From: Octopus vulgaris
Taxonomy: Eukaryota
Assembly: GCA_951406725.2 (NCBI GenBank)
Contig: OX597818.1
Location: forward strand, 57,536,001 to 57,600,000
Length of the DNA: 64,000 bases
Reading direction: 5' to 3'
The position numbers and the translations under genes were made by a program. This document shows, one piece after another, positions 25,911 through 39,011 of the stretch. How positions within the stretch are numbered: position 1 is the first letter of the stretch; each line of letters starts with the position of its first letter. The notes beneath the pieces were generated by a model. The model was given only the letters and a program-made list of their open reading frames with translations, was not told the origin of the DNA and did no database searches.

Positions 25911-26879
25911 GGCATTCGCAAGAGAGGCAATATTAATAACAAAAGATAATATTTATCCCCATTGAATCGTGGATGTTCTGTTAGAACAAACTATACTGAA
26001 GTAGATACCACGAGAGAAACTCTCATATCGGCTCTTTGGTGCAAAATGCACTCTTGTTTATATCGCTATTTCTGAGATAAATCTCCATAGCCTCCAGGGC
26101 CGAGACCACCAGATCACGTGTTTTCGACTAATAAAAGTGCACTTTGCTCCCAAAAGCTAATGCGAGGGTTTCTTTGATTGTAACTACCGCAATAAAATTT
26201 GTTCCTATAAAAAATCCACGTTTAATTGGGGATAAAAATTTACCGCTTCGTAAATAACATTGATGATGTCTGACGATGTTATAGAATGTAGGAATCGTTC
26301 TTAAACCCAAAGTTACTGTTTCTTCGCTTACATTCAATGCACCGTAAAATTAGCCATGCAAGCAGCATCCAGGGTGTCGACTCATGTAATGACATCCTAT
26401 TTTGAGAAAGTGCACATTCAAAACAGGTTCGTAGAATACAAAGAATAGAAAGTAAATTAGCGACTGGAATTTGAAACTGGTCGAGGGCAGCTGTCTTTTT
26501 AAGTTTAACAAATTCGTTATGAATATTTCCCGGATTAGAATTCCAATCTTGTAATTGGGATTAGGACTTCATCGCGGGAAAGACAGCAAAACGAATCTTT
26601 AGAATTTTGCTGGCAGATGGGATTATCTCATTATCCACAAGGCCAACGATGTAAACTTCTAATGTAGATCTGCTCATCAAACCGTCAAAATTTCCTAAAT
26701 GGTTGAGAGCTACATGGAACCTTCTGCTGAAATAGGTCTCTATTTATTAGAACGGAATCATCATACGCGATCGACTACCATGACATTACGTTAACTATAT
26801 ACGTATATGTACACATTTATTTGCTTTTGGACACTTCAAGCCATTCAAACAAGTGTCTATGAGAACTCCCTATGAGAAC

Positions 26880-26950
26880 TCCCCCCTACATGGCCTTGCT
26901 TTTTTGCTTTTTGAGCCAAAAAATTAACTAACTAACTAACTAACTAACTC
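26880..26950 (+). mobile_element. Extreme 3' end of CR1 LINE
   Basis: cccctacatggccttgctttttt...ccaaaaaattaactaac matches 12876-12923. Confidence 0.75.
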
Positions 26951-26959
26951 AGATGAATG

Positions 26960-28120
26960 CAAACAAATATTGAAACGAATAGATGTGGAAATTTCTATGT
27001 AATTCGAGTCAACTGTCACAAACAATCAATGAAATTGAGAATTGCATTCTTCTTCAAAAATGCACATAAAAGATACCATTTACTAAAGCTGATGAAAGCA
27101 GATTTTCAAGGATCATATATTTCAAAGAAAACAGGTTTTTAAAAGAATTCTGACCTTTTAGTATATGAGTCACAACTGGGATTGCTTTGAGTTGTGTTTT
27201 CTGGTAATTAGTAGAAGAGTTTTGTTCACAAAAGCAGAAAAATGCTTAGCACAGATAGACACATACTTTGTTTGCAAACAGCCAGACATCAGCCATTAAC
27301 TGCTATCCGAGATTCATCGATGCGTTGTCTTCCATGTAGAAGCTCCATTATGACAAATAAAAATATATTTGCTGAGACCATTCATTGAGTGAATTGGAGG
27401 GCAAAGTTGCTCAATACCTATTTCTTTATTACCCACAAGGGGCTAAACACAGAGGAAACAAACAAGGACAGACATAGGTATTAAGTCGATTACATCGACC
27501 CCAGTTCGTAACCGGTACTTAATTTATTGACCCCGAAAGGATGAAAGGCAAAGTCGACCTCGGCGGAATTTGAACTCACAACGTAACGGCAGACGAAATA
27601 CCGCTAAGCATTTCGCCCGGCGTGCTAACGTTTCTGCCAGCTCGCTGCCTTCAAAGTTGCTCAATACCACGAAGGGCGCGCTCTTTCGAACAGGGTTCCA
27701 ATCGATCAAAATATAGGAACGCATAAAATGACATGACATTTACTTTGATTTCGCAACTTAAATGAGTTTGTGGAATGAAACTCATTGTACAGTCGGATGA
27801 ATGCGGTATAACTGAGATTCTCTGCTGAATCTATTGTGAATATATTGCGCGTGTCGAAATACATCACTTATGAATTAAGACGTGGGTATTTTGTTCATTA
27901 TTCATAAAACAATCCTTATTCAGGGGCCTTTTGAGCGGCCTGAAAACAATTCTAACTGGGCCCCTACCTCTAACGTCATACACTGTTTTCCTTGATATGA
28001 GATCACCATTTCGCGCACATATGGTTGTGATGCATGTGCCTGGTGTACTCTCATCAGACAGGTAGTTATGATGCATATATTAGGTTTCGCATATTTGTAC
28101 ATGTGTACAAATGCTCTCTC
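26960..28120 (+). mobile_element. Possible decayed RLE-type non-LTR element 3' region ending at (AAT)n
   Basis: Weak FKNAHKRY and VISR-GFV-like motifs; 27860-28120 is homologous to the 440-bp repeat at 28418 and 47139. Confidence 0.35.
27419..27650 (-). mobile_element. SINE family B with 17-bp TSD
   Basis: TSD CAAAGTTGCTCAATACC at 27402-27418 and 27652-27668. Confidence 0.93.
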
Positions 28121-28124
28121 ATTA

Positions 28125-28157
<33 letters not shown>

Positions 28158-28172
<15 letters not shown>

Positions 28173-28390
28173 CATCTATTCTCGTGGAGGCACAAGGACT
28201 CAAATTTGTGGGGAGGGGACTACTCGATCACATAGACTCCAGTGTTTCACTGGTACTTAATTTATCAACCCCGAAAGGATGAAAAGCGAAGTCGACCTCG
28301 GCAGAATGAGAATTCAGAACATAGCCATGGGCTAAATAACGTTAAGCAACTCGTACACCACGCTAACGTTTCTCCCAGCTCACCGCCTTA
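28158..28390 (-). mobile_element. SINE family B (tail 2)
   Basis: ccccgaaaggatgaaa..gtcgacctcggc core; ggcacaagg/ggggagggg tail. Confidence 0.8.
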
Positions 28391-28417
28391 ACAACAACAA
28401 CAACAACAACAATAAAA

Positions 28418-28855
28418 TATTCTGCTCAATACCACAGATTTGCTTGCCATTTGTTTAACCTTAACCAGTTGAGTATGTCCCTTAGTGAACGGCCATATAT
28501 GCATCTCTGATGACAAGCAGAAGTAGTGGGGGAGCATCATAGCCATGTGTTGAGAGGGATTCTTTGGGATTTGAATAATTCACCTCGAAAAGCATGGGTG
28601 TTTCGTTCAACATCCTTAAACAACCCTTATTCAGGGACCTTTTGAGCGGGATGGGTTACTCAACTGGAAGAAAATTCTAACTGGGCCCCACCTGCATGGT
28701 CATGTGCTTTCTTTTTTTATATGAGACCACCATGGCGCGCGCATATGGTTCTGATGCATGTGCCTAGTGTACCATTATCAGATGGGTAATCATGATGGGT
28801 ATACTTCGTATATTTTAACCGTGTTACTTTGATGGCATGCACTGCTCTTTCACTC
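28418..28855 (+). mobile_element. 440-bp non-coding repeat inserted at (AAT)n, probable LINE 3' UTR
   Basis: Second copy at 47139-47569; both end ...gcactgctctttcactc followed by (AAT)n-type repeats. Confidence 0.75.
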
Positions 28856-28893
<38 letters not shown>

Positions 28894-28904
28894 TAATAAT
28901 AATA

Positions 28905-29268
28905 ATTTTCCAAATGTGGAACCTAAGGACTAAAACAATACTTGTCATAGTTGCCCTGGAAATGATAGTAAAAGGGGCTGATTGCTACCTATCTCAGATA
29001 CTCGGAAACCCACTAAAAGTTTTATATTTTCAAAAGATAGTGTCCATGGAAATTGCTTACATCCTACGCAAAATACTCTCTATGTAATCTCAAGTTTTAA
29101 AACAAACATAATTTTCTTATGCTTTCTTAAACATTCTCTAGAACAACACTATGTACAAAACCAAATATATGGCATCCTAGGCATAACACCAGCATGAACT
29201 TCCAATCTGTTGTCTCTTGAGATCTCTCAAGCCAACTTGTACAAATGTAAAGCAAAAGTCAAACATAA

Positions 29269-29270
<2 letters not shown>
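28905..29270 (+). mobile_element. R4/Dong-like non-LTR 3' fragment in (AAT)n
   Basis: MWNLRTKTILVIVAL...FQKIVSMEIAYILRKILS* resembles the R4-clade C-terminus (IQK..LLGTA.ILR); (AAT)n on both sides. Confidence 0.7.
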
Positions 29271-29324
<54 letters not shown>

Positions 29325-29616
29325 GTCATCGCAGTAGATGGGTAAGCCACAACTCTGTAATGCAGGTGTACTCAGAAAAGTCAGCATCATTAAAACAAAG
29401 AGTGTAAAACGTGTAAGAAGAGTGAAATATGAATGTTGTAAAAGATGACAGAAATAAGTTAGTAAATATGATATTAGAATAGAAAAATATAAGTTTCTGT
29501 AAAACTGAAAGTTTGCAAAATAATAATATGTGATTGAAAAAATCGGATTAGAAACTTATCAATGTAGTTGTTGATGCGAAGGAAAGCTGGAAATTTTCGA
29601 AGTGATGCTTAAAATC

Positions 29617-29910
29617 TGGCGCTCTGTCTGTAACGTCGACTTTGTCTTCATTTGACTTGTTCAACGGAATAGTCTACTCGTGAAGTTAACGTTCAAGTGG
29701 CTGAGAACTCCACAGACACGTGTAACGTTATCGTAGTTTTCAAGGAGGTTTAAACGTGACATAGAATGTGAGAATGCTGGCCCTTTGGATTACAGGTACA
29801 ACTTATTTTTGTTAGCTGAATGGCTGGAGTGACTTGTTCAAGGAGATAATGTCTTACCAGAAATCGAGCTTCGTTGCGGCTCGAATACTCTAAAGATTGA
29901 ACCACGCACC
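29617..29910 (-). mobile_element. Old SINE: CORE-like body with tail X
   Basis: Tail homologous to family C tail X; body ttgaacaagtcactccagccattcagct is CORE-like. Confidence 0.65.
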
Positions 29911-29967
29911 CTTACAAAATGATATATAGAGAGCAGATATAAATATATACATTTAGACTGGGATGGA

Positions 29968-30348
29968 AGCACATCGTCGGTTACGACGATGAGGGTTCCG
30001 GTTGATCCGAATCAACGGAACAGCCTGCTCGTGAAATTAACGTGTAAGAGGCTGAGCACTCCACAGACACGTGCACCATTAACGTAGTTCTCGGGGATAT
30101 TCAGCGTGACACAGAGAGTGACAAGGCCGGCCCCTTGAAATACAGGTACAACAGAAACAGGAAGTAAGAGTGAGAGAAAGTTGTGGTGAAAGAGTACACC
30201 AGGGATCACCACCATCCCCTGTCGGAGCCTCGTGGAGCTTTAGGTGTTTTCGCTCAATAAACACTCACAACGCCCGGTCTGGGAATTGGAGCCGCGATCC
30301 TATGACCGCGAGTCCGCTGCCCTAACCACTGGGCCATTGCGCCTCCAC
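29968..30348 (-). mobile_element. SINE family C (non-CORE body, tail X), full length
   Basis: gtggaggcgcaatggcccagtggttagggcagcggactcgc tRNA-like head; TSD ACATTTAGACT. Confidence 0.93.
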
Positions 30349-30541
30349 ACATTTAGACTACAGAGTATTTGATAGCAAACTAAGTAGAAGAAATGGTGGG
30401 ACAGAGTAATCAGAGTTAAGCACAATGGAAAGTGAGCTGCTAACGGATTGACATTCTACAAGTTCTGCCAATTGGGAGAGACTGTAAAATATTGTACATT
30501 TTGGACGGATGAATAAATCCAAGCGAATACAGATTTTAATT

Positions 30542-30950
30542 AGGCGCAGGAGTGGCTGTGTGGTAAGTAGCTTGCTTACAAACCACATGGTTCCGGGTTC
30601 AGTCCCACTGCGTGGCACCTTGGGCAAGTGTCTTCTACTATAGCCTCGGGCCGACCAAAGCCTTGTGAGTGGATTTGGTAGACTGAAACTGAAAGAAGCG
30701 CGACGTATATATGTGTATATATATGTGTGTGTGTGTGTTTGTTTGTGTGTCTGTGTTTTTCCCCCCAACATCGCTTGACAACCGATGGTGGTGTGTTTAC
30801 GTCCCCGTAACTTAGCGGTTCGGCAAAACAGACCAATGGACTAAGTACTAGGATTACAAAGAATAAGTCCTGGGGTCGATTTGCTCGAATAAAGGTGGTG
30901 CTCCAGCATGGCCACAGTCATATGACTGAAACAATTAAAAGAGAAAAAGT
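30542..30950 (+). mobile_element. SINE family A
   Basis: Full-length match. Confidence 0.93.
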
Positions 30951-31283
30951 GTATTAAATATCTTTTGTGTGCAGCTATCTAGAAATGGATGATGGCAAGA
31001 CCAGATGATCTATAATTAGCGACACGATAAGTTCGCTTTAATGATGCATGGATAAATGTTTTAGAACAATAGATTTGAAGATTGAAACAATTGTAATGAT
31101 TGCAAAACAGGAGAATTCCTTGAAAATGATCGCAAAAATTTAATAAGGATCATCAAACTTCTAACCGATTAGCGAACTAAAACTTCAAACTTATAAGCGA
31201 ACTAAAACTTCACAACAAAATACTGTTGCATTCAATGAAAAGAAAACTTAATTGATGTTGCTTACACACTTGATTCCAGAGTG

Positions 31284-31624
31284 TGATTTTTTTTTATTAC
31301 CCACGAGGAACTACACAGAATTGGACAGTACAAACATTGGGGACACAAAACATCACAATTACAATTACATAAATATGGGTAAAATGAATTAATGAAAATG
31401 ATATATGAAAGTGGTGCTAACGGCCCCATCCGCTAGCATCACTTACCTGTCCTTCGGTCTTGCTCAGTCTCAATAAAATATGCCTTCACCTCTATCCTTC
31501 TCTCAAATCTCTCTTCCAATTCTTTCATCGTCTTTTCATCCATATCCACTTCAATTATTCCCCAGTCCTTCCTTTCGCACTTTTCCATAAACTCATCCAC
31601 TTGTTCACTTGGAATTACTGCACA
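31284..31624 (-). mobile_element. 5'-truncated retroposed element with A-tail and 16-bp TSD
   Basis: TSD ACTTGATTCCAGAGTG at 31268-31283 and 31625-31640; ORF remnant ending at 31439; 3' end resembles SINE B tail 1. Confidence 0.75.
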
Positions 31625-31807
31625 ACTTGATTCCAGAGTGGTAGGGAAAGAACATGGCAAATTTACAAAAAAATTAAATATGAACACCAAAGAATCTGGA
31701 ATATCAGTTAAATTAACATAATCCTCTTCTATAGCAGGGCTCTCTGTTTGACATGGCGAGAAGTATAAAAAAGGATTTGGGTTTCTATGTTTAAGAAATG
31801 CCATGCC

Positions 31808-32025
31808 ACAGAATCGTTAGCACGCCGGACGAAATGCTCAGCGGTATTTCGTCTGCCGCTACGTTCTGAGTTCAAATTCCGCCGAAGTCGACTTTGCCTT
31901 TCATCCTTTCGGGGTAGATCAAATAAGTACCAGTTACGTACTGGGGTCGATGTAATCGACTTAATCCGTTTGTCTGTCTTTGTTTGTCCCCTCTGTGTTT
32001 AGCCCTTTGTGGGGAGTAAAGAAAT
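31808..32025 (+). mobile_element. SINE family B, slightly 5'-truncated
   Basis: TSD AAGAAATGCCATGCCA. Confidence 0.92.
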
Positions 32026-32162
32026 AAGAAATGCCATGCCAACTCTAAATTTACAAATAGCCTAAGCTAAGAATTTAATTCTGGAGTTGATAGTGTTGTG
32101 ATACTCCACTGTCTGGTTAAAATATTTAACAGGTTCGCAGAATTAGTTACAATACGCAATGT

Positions 32163-32560
32163 AGGCGTAGAAATGGTTGTGTGATAAGTAGCTTGCTTAC
32201 AAACCACATGGTTCCGGGTTCAGTCCCACTGCGTAGTACCTTGAGCAAGTGTCTTCTACTATAGCCTCGGACCAACCGAACATTGTGGGTGGATTTGGTA
32301 GACGGAAACTGAAAGAAGCCCGTAGTATATATGTATATGTGTGTGTGTGTATATGTTTTTGTGTCTGTGTTTGTCCCCCCCAAATCGTTTGACAACCGAT
32401 GCTGGTGTGTTTACGTTCCCGTAACTTAGGAGTTCAGCAAAAGAGTTTGATAGAATAAGTACTAGGGTTACAAAGAATAAATCCTGGGGGCGATTTGCTC
32501 GACTAAAGGCGGTGCTCCAGTATGGCCACAGTCAAATGACTGAAACAAGTAAAAGAGTAA
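32163..32560 (+). mobile_element. SINE family A
   Basis: Full-length match. Confidence 0.92.
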
Positions 32561-32750
32561 TAGAGAATAATGTATTGCAAGGTTCGAAACCAAACCCTGA
32601 ATAGCGTGAATTCTTGTAAAACGCATCCTAATCTTCAAGAATAAAGTCAATTCATCAGAGAGTCTATACAAAATTATAACCGGATCGCCTACAGTCAATG
32701 TAATAATACCTCAGATGATTTGTTTCTATGAACTATCTCTTCTCCACTGA

Positions 32751-32916
32751 AGGCGCAGGAGTGGTTGTGTGGTAAGTAGCTTGCTAACCAACCACATGGT
32801 TCCGGGTTCAGTCCCACTGCGTGGCACCTTGGGCAAGTGTCTTCTGCTATAGCCCCGGGCCAACCAATGCCTTGTGAGTGGATTTGGTAGACGGAAACTG
32901 AAAGAAGCCTGTCGTA

Positions 32917-32967
<51 letters not shown>

Positions 32968-33182
32968 TTGTGTGTCTGTGTTTGTCCCCCTAGCATTGCT
33001 TGACAACCGATGCTGGTGTGTTTACGTCCCCGTCACTTAGCGGTTCGGCAAAAGAGACCGATAGAATAAGTACTGGGCTTACAAAGAATAAGTCCCGGGG
33101 TCGATTTGCTCGACTAAAAGGCGGTGCTCCAGCATGGCCGCAGTCAAATGACTGAAACAAGTAAAAGAGAGTAAAGAGAGTA
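32751..33182 (+). mobile_element. SINE family A
   Basis: Full-length; nearly identical to 57469 copy. Confidence 0.94.
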
Positions 33183-33905
33183 AGACGATAAACCTCTTTG
33201 AAATACTCTAAAAACTCGTTAGATATTTCACTCCAAAGCACAATGCAACATTGAAAGAAGGAAATATAAATCAAAATATTAATGTCAAAACGTAGAGATA
33301 ACATAATTAAACTAATCACATAGAAATAACTTGAATTAAATGACAAGTCACGATTTTACAACCATACAAGTGAAAGAAAAGATTTGCTAAGGACATTATT
33401 GACGCATTAAGATTTGTATTTAATAACCAAGTGAAATCGGTAGACTAAAGCTAAATGGCATAAATATTCACATAGACACTGAATTAAAATACAGTTATGA
33501 TAATCAGAATTAAACGCTGATTGATTTAGCAAGACTACACCAGAAAAGGAGAGAGAAATAACGTCTACGTATAGAAAGCAATATAGAAGGCACCACGGGT
33601 TATTTCATCAATATTTCCTGGAAATTAGAAAGTATTGTATCAATGATTTGGTGAGACAATCCTAAAAGCACCCACATAATTAATATATGGAAACTATTGA
33701 AGAACGAACCCCCTCGTAGATTGACAAAAATCGGAAGCAATAAGAATGGTAAACGACAGCAATAAAACCTTTCTGAATTTCTATCAATTTTAATTGATTT
33801 TTCTCTTTAGATATTTCTTTTTAAAATATTTGTATAATCACAGAAGCGTTTTCTACAAACTGCATATATAATCTTAGTAAATGGCTGAGTTGATATTACA
33901 ATATA

Positions 33906-34046
33906 TTAGGTTGTCCCAAAAGTTCGTAAACACTTGCGAAAATTGAATTTTTACTCGCCAAGTACTAACAAAAACAACAAAAATTATTCCTCAAAATAAA
34001 GACCATTATTTTCCAAGACTTTCTACGAACTTTTGGGACAACCTTA
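33906..34046. mobile_element. Mariner-type MITE, 141 bp
   Basis: TA flanks; TIR TTAGGTTGTCCCAAAAGTTCGTA / TACGAACTTTTGGGACAACCTTA. Confidence 0.88.
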
Positions 34047-34060
34047 TATTACAGAGAGTA

Positions 34061-34515
34061 AGGGGGCGAGCAAATATGATCGATAGTACGGCAGGGAAAT
34101 GATTAGCGGCATTTCGTCTGTCTACGTTCTGAGTTCAAATTCTGCCCAGGTCGACCTCTGCCTTTCATCCTTTCGGGGTCGATAAATTAAGTACCAGTTG
34201 CGTACTGATGTCGAGCTGATCGACTGCCTTCACGCCCCCACCCCCCAAAAAAATTATGGGCCTTGTGCTTAGAGAAGAAAACAATATATTACAGAGAGTA
34301 AGGTGGCGAGCAAATAGAATCAATAGTGTGTCGGGTGAAATGCTTAGCAGCATTTCGTCCATCTATGTGTTTTAAGCTCAGCTTCCGCAGAGGTAGACTT
34401 CACTTGTCATCCTTTCGGGATCTATTAAATAATTACTCGTTGAACCCTGGTATCCATACAATCGACACCCCCCCACCTCCTAAACTGCTGGGTGTGTGCT
34501 GAAATTAGAAATCGA
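34061..34515 (+). mobile_element. Two adjacent SINE family B copies (tail 2)
   Basis: Both preceded by atattacagagagtaagg; core tcatcctttcggg. Confidence 0.8.
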
Positions 34516-34667
34516 TATATTATATACACCAGCATTTTCAAATTAATTGAATCGAGAGATATATTGCTGAGCGGCAATAATAGCTATTGTTTGTTCGTTA
34601 AATTCAACTTAAGCTCATGCTATCGTTTCGAACCCTATTTGAACCCTATAATGTATTGTTCCTGAAG

Positions 34668-35265
34668 CAGCGAGCTGGCAGAAACGTTAGTGCGACGGGC
34701 GAAATGCTTAGCGGTATTTCATCTGTCGTTACGTTCTGAGTTCAAATTCCGCCGAGGTCGACTTTGCCTTTCATCCTTTCGGAGCCGATTAAATAAGTAC
34801 TAGTTACGCAGTGGGGTCAATATATTCGACTTAATCCGTTTGTCTGTCCTTGTTTGTTCCTTCTGTGTTTACCCCCTTGTGGGTAGTAGAGAAATAGGTA
34901 TTTCGTCTGCTATTATGTTCGGAATTCAAATTCTGCTGAGGCTGACTTTGCCGTTCATCATTTCGGGGTTGATGAATAAAGAACCAGTTTCGCACTGGGG
35001 TCGATGTAACCAACTTAATCCGTTTGTCTGTCCTTGTTTGCACTTTCTGTGTTTATCCCCTTGTGGGTAATTAGGAAATAGGTATTTCGTCTGTCGTTAG
35101 GTTGTGAGTTCAAATTACCTTGAGGTCGATTTTGCCTTTCATTATTTCGGGGCCGATAAATAAAGTGCCAGTTTCCTATTGGAGGTCGATGAAATCGACT
35201 TGATCCCTTTGTCTGTCCTTGTTTGTCCCTTCTATGTTTAGCCCCTTGTGGGTAGTAAAGAAATA
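34668..35265 (+). mobile_element. Tandem SINE family B array (full head plus head-less units)
   Basis: Repeated junction gaaata|ggtatttcgtctg. Confidence 0.9.
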
Positions 35266-35782
35266 TGTAACGTATTGGTCCTGAACTGGAACAGACCGAA
35301 TCCCTCCTCCCTGTTTTCCTAACTCTGAAACTGAGATCGTCTTCTTCCCTTTGTCTCACTTACCAGAAGAACGGTGACACCACTGAAGAGAAATAAACAC
35401 CAGCAGTTCTCAATTAAAGATGCAAAACAACGGCGTATATCGCTTTAGTGTCTCTACGACTACACCACATACTTGGGGTTTTAACTGCATATGAATGTGT
35501 GCAGCTGTAAGGGCGTCACTACATGCGTGCGCGCGAGTATAGATTTTATTTGTTTTGCAAGAATATTGATGCGTAAAAGTATTTTCAGTCGAATATTGCG
35601 ACGTTTTCAGGTTGTGAAACCTTAAGTTTATAAAAAAAAGGGAAGCATCAGTGAATATTCATTACTTATCGTTAAGAATGTTTAATATATTTTAAAAACG
35701 AAAAATTTAAAGCAAAACCGAAATCTGCTCTCATAGATTTTAATAACTGTTTCAATATATAACATCCTCACGCCTACTCTCT

Positions 35783-35823
<41 letters not shown>

Positions 35824-35929
35824 TCTCTAAACTAAATAAAATTTAAAACATTGGGGTCCATATAACCGATTATCCCTCTCCCCCAATTTTTATAAAGAAA
35901 GGATTATTATTTACGATAAAAAAAAATAA

Positions 35930-36070
35930 AGCGGTGAGCTAGCAGAATCATTAGCACGCCTGCAAAATGCTTGGCAGTTATTCGCCCGTCCCTACGTTCA
36001 AATACCACTGAGGGCGACTTTGCCTCTCATCCATCGGGGGAAGGATGAAATAAGTATCAGTTGAACACTA
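35930..36070 (+). mobile_element. SINE family B, 3'-truncated
   Basis: gcggtgagctagcagaatcattagcacgcc head. Confidence 0.7.
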
Positions 36071-36113
<43 letters not shown>

Positions 36114-37816
36114 TTATCTCTTTCTTTCTAACTGCACCTGATTTTGAACATAAAGAAACAAATAGTATTTGTACGTTGCTTAAATAAAGTTTTAATTGAC
36201 TTTATAGTTAATTTTAATTTAATCTAATTTTAATCTAATTTAGGTAACACAACTTAAATAAAATAAATTACTATTGCTTGATAATTCTATTACAAAGTTA
36301 AATAAGTAATGCTACTCCCTTAAAAGTAGTATAAGAAATTTCAATATGATAAGCAATTCTCTCACACCTTGTAAATGACCTCTAAGTATAGACCTACAGT
36401 CTGTCAATGTATAGACAGTAACAACAATATAAACAATAACAATAATAAATAAATTAATTAAATGACCTCCTTCTAGTATTGCACTTATTTCTCTTAATGT
36501 ATTTCCCTCTAATGATAACCTTTGACCCCTCTATCCCTTCCCCTGTTCTCTTTAAATTCCCATATCTGCTTTAGCTCCGTCAGATTGGCAATTAGTAGCT
36601 GTATACTGGTCAAAAATAATGTTCTCCTTTATAATTCTTAGATTCCTTCAAATTCTAAGCCAGTCTGGCCGTCTCCACAGAGAGAAACTTTTCTGTGTAG
36701 GGGGATACCTGCGATCCCTTCCCTCTCAGTTATCCCAGTATACTCTATGTGGGCGTTTTTTATTTTTTTTCCTCCTCTTCTTTTCCTTTTTCTTTCTTTC
36801 TTTTCTTTTTTTCTTTTCTTTTTTTTCTTTTCTTTTCTTTTTTTTGCTCCACAAAATTCCTTCAGCTTTTAGAAATTCTAACATAGCAGTTTTGTGAAGG
36901 GAACAGTAGTGTGACAAGTATCTTATCATATAGCATGAAATTATACCCACCTCATTGTGGATTATTCATGGATAGATTCATCGTCTGTGAGTATGAAATA
37001 TCTCCTCATATCTCTGGAAATTTGCACCTACATTATGGATTGATTCATCTTCTCTGTGAAGCTAATAAGCTTTTTAAAACCTGTGATAAGACTGTGCATC
37101 ATCATTAAAGAACTTTGGAAGTCCGCTTACAATCTGAATTTGCTTTTTATAAAATTATCTCCGATACTTCATGAGTGTAGCCTCACCCACTAAGATGTTT
37201 GGAGAACTCATATGTGTTTTAGCTGATGAGTACGGGACACTTGTATTTGCTGCAATATTTGCAGCTTTTAATAAAGCCTGTCTTTGTATGAAACAATTGT
37301 ACTAAAAAACTAATCCATTCTTGTTGCTTTTTTCTCGTTTATAATATATATATATATACATATGTGTGTGTGTGTGTGTGTGTGTATGTATATATTTATA
37401 TGTATATAAAAAATGAGAAGGACAGCAAGCCGTGGTGAAAAGAAAGAAGCGAAGCTGGATACCTTTGTTTCACGCGTACTTGTCCACGCAAACGTCGAAG
37501 CATATTTGCTGCTGTAAATCTCCGGATACGATATTCTACCAAAATGTCCGTGTGTGAAAGCAAAAAAAATGGCTGATGTCACACATTATCTCTGTTTACA
37601 TTCTATAAGTTTGAAACAAGAACAAATTAGTGATATACATTCCACTAAAACCTACGTCTCTTACATATAAACAGCCATGGTCACATTTGCTGCCTTGTCA
37701 AAATTTTATACGTAAATGAAAGGGGTTACATACGAAGTCAAAAAGAAACAGCATATATATTGCTTACGGTATTTCGTTTTAAAATCACTTCTGTGCAAAC
37801 ATGAATGGTCTAATTA

Positions 37817-38203
37817 TCTCTCTCCATATAAACGGCAGTTTGTCTGTGCGTGTTTCTGTGTGTCTGTTTTCTCGTACCCTCACTCTGACCACGGCTTTCA
37901 ACCGATTCTGATGAAACTTGACACACACACATAGCCCAATGTCATAATTCAAAACTAACGCAGCGAAAATTTTGAAAAGTTCCCCCAGTTCTGAAAAAGA
38001 TCGATAAATTCGACATGGGGTCGAGAATCAGAAACACGAACCACAGACCGTCTAGGGGACGCAACTCCACCTTTTTTAACTCTCAAAAAAAATTTACCAT
38101 CATTTTTTTCCCATTTTTTTGCTATTTTTTGGCTATAACTCTCTAAAAATGCTTTATAGTTATTTCCCTTACAAACCTGAGCAACGCCGGGCGATACTGC
38201 TAG
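37817..38203 (+). mobile_element. Non-autonomous Helitron with alternative 5' half
   Basis: A|TC start; same 3' ~120 bp, hairpin and CTAG|T as the 16398 copy; unrelated 5' ~265 bp. Confidence 0.85.
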
Positions 38204-38336
38204 TCTAAAATTAAATTGAATAGGTACTGAACTGAATATGTACTTTTGTATGATAATACAGCTGCGCATTAACAGTAATGCTGTCTATATTTCCTGTTTT
38301 ATATAGGTTGATACTGTTTATCTCCTGAAGTTTGTA

Positions 38337-38554
38337 TTGGGTTGGTGCATAATTATTGCGGGTATTTTCTTTCAAACAAAACATTTTTAAATGACGGTCT
38401 GGCCCGTCTGTCAATGAAATGGGAACCAGTAGTTGAAGTAGATGGTGAATATGTTCCGGAATAATCATTTAAATATGTTTCCGGTACATGTTATAGATTT
38501 TGTTGAATAAAGTTTGATGAAAAAAAAAGCCGCAATAATTATGCACCAACCCAA
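38337..38554 (+). mobile_element. Internally deleted mariner (MITE)
   Basis: TA flanks; TIR TTGGGTTGGTGCATAATTATTGCGG; retains transposase C-terminus FLNDGLARLSMKWEPVVEVDGEYVPE*. Confidence 0.9.
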
Positions 38555-38575
38555 TATATATGAATATATAACATC

Positions 38576-38623
<48 letters not shown>

Positions 38624-38801
38624 TCTCTCTCTCTATATATATATGTGTGTGTGTGTGTATAAGACAAAAAAGAGTAAAAACAACTACAGTAGGCTCCTGT
38701 CGAATAGTTAAAGAATATATTCAAATCGTTATGTTAGCAAAAAATGTTATAAAATTTTGTATGTATGTATGTGTATATATATACATACATATATATGTAT
38801 G

Positions 38802-39011
38802 TAGGGTTCGGCAAAAATAACGCCCTTTTTTATTCGAGTTTTCTAGTTTCCAATTGATTTTCGTTTATATTTCCTAAAATTTTCTGTGATTTTTTCTTTA
38901 GACTAATATTTGATTCTTTAATTTATGCAATAAATTTGTGTTCAATGAAAAATTACTGAATAAACCTTTATATACTATAAAAGTTATCAATGCCAAAAGG
39001 ACGTTACTTCT

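Noticed and set aside
26000-26800. Possible inverted RLE-type retroelement fragment (CALSQNR)
   Set aside because: Single weak motif; not enough to call
30270-30348. tRNA gene
   Set aside because: tRNA-like SINE head continuous with the SINE body and bracketed by a TSD
36100-37310. Possible LINE RNase H or zinc-knuckle remnant
   Set aside because: WVRLHS-like and LEFLK-like matches are weak and broken by stops; needs BLASTx
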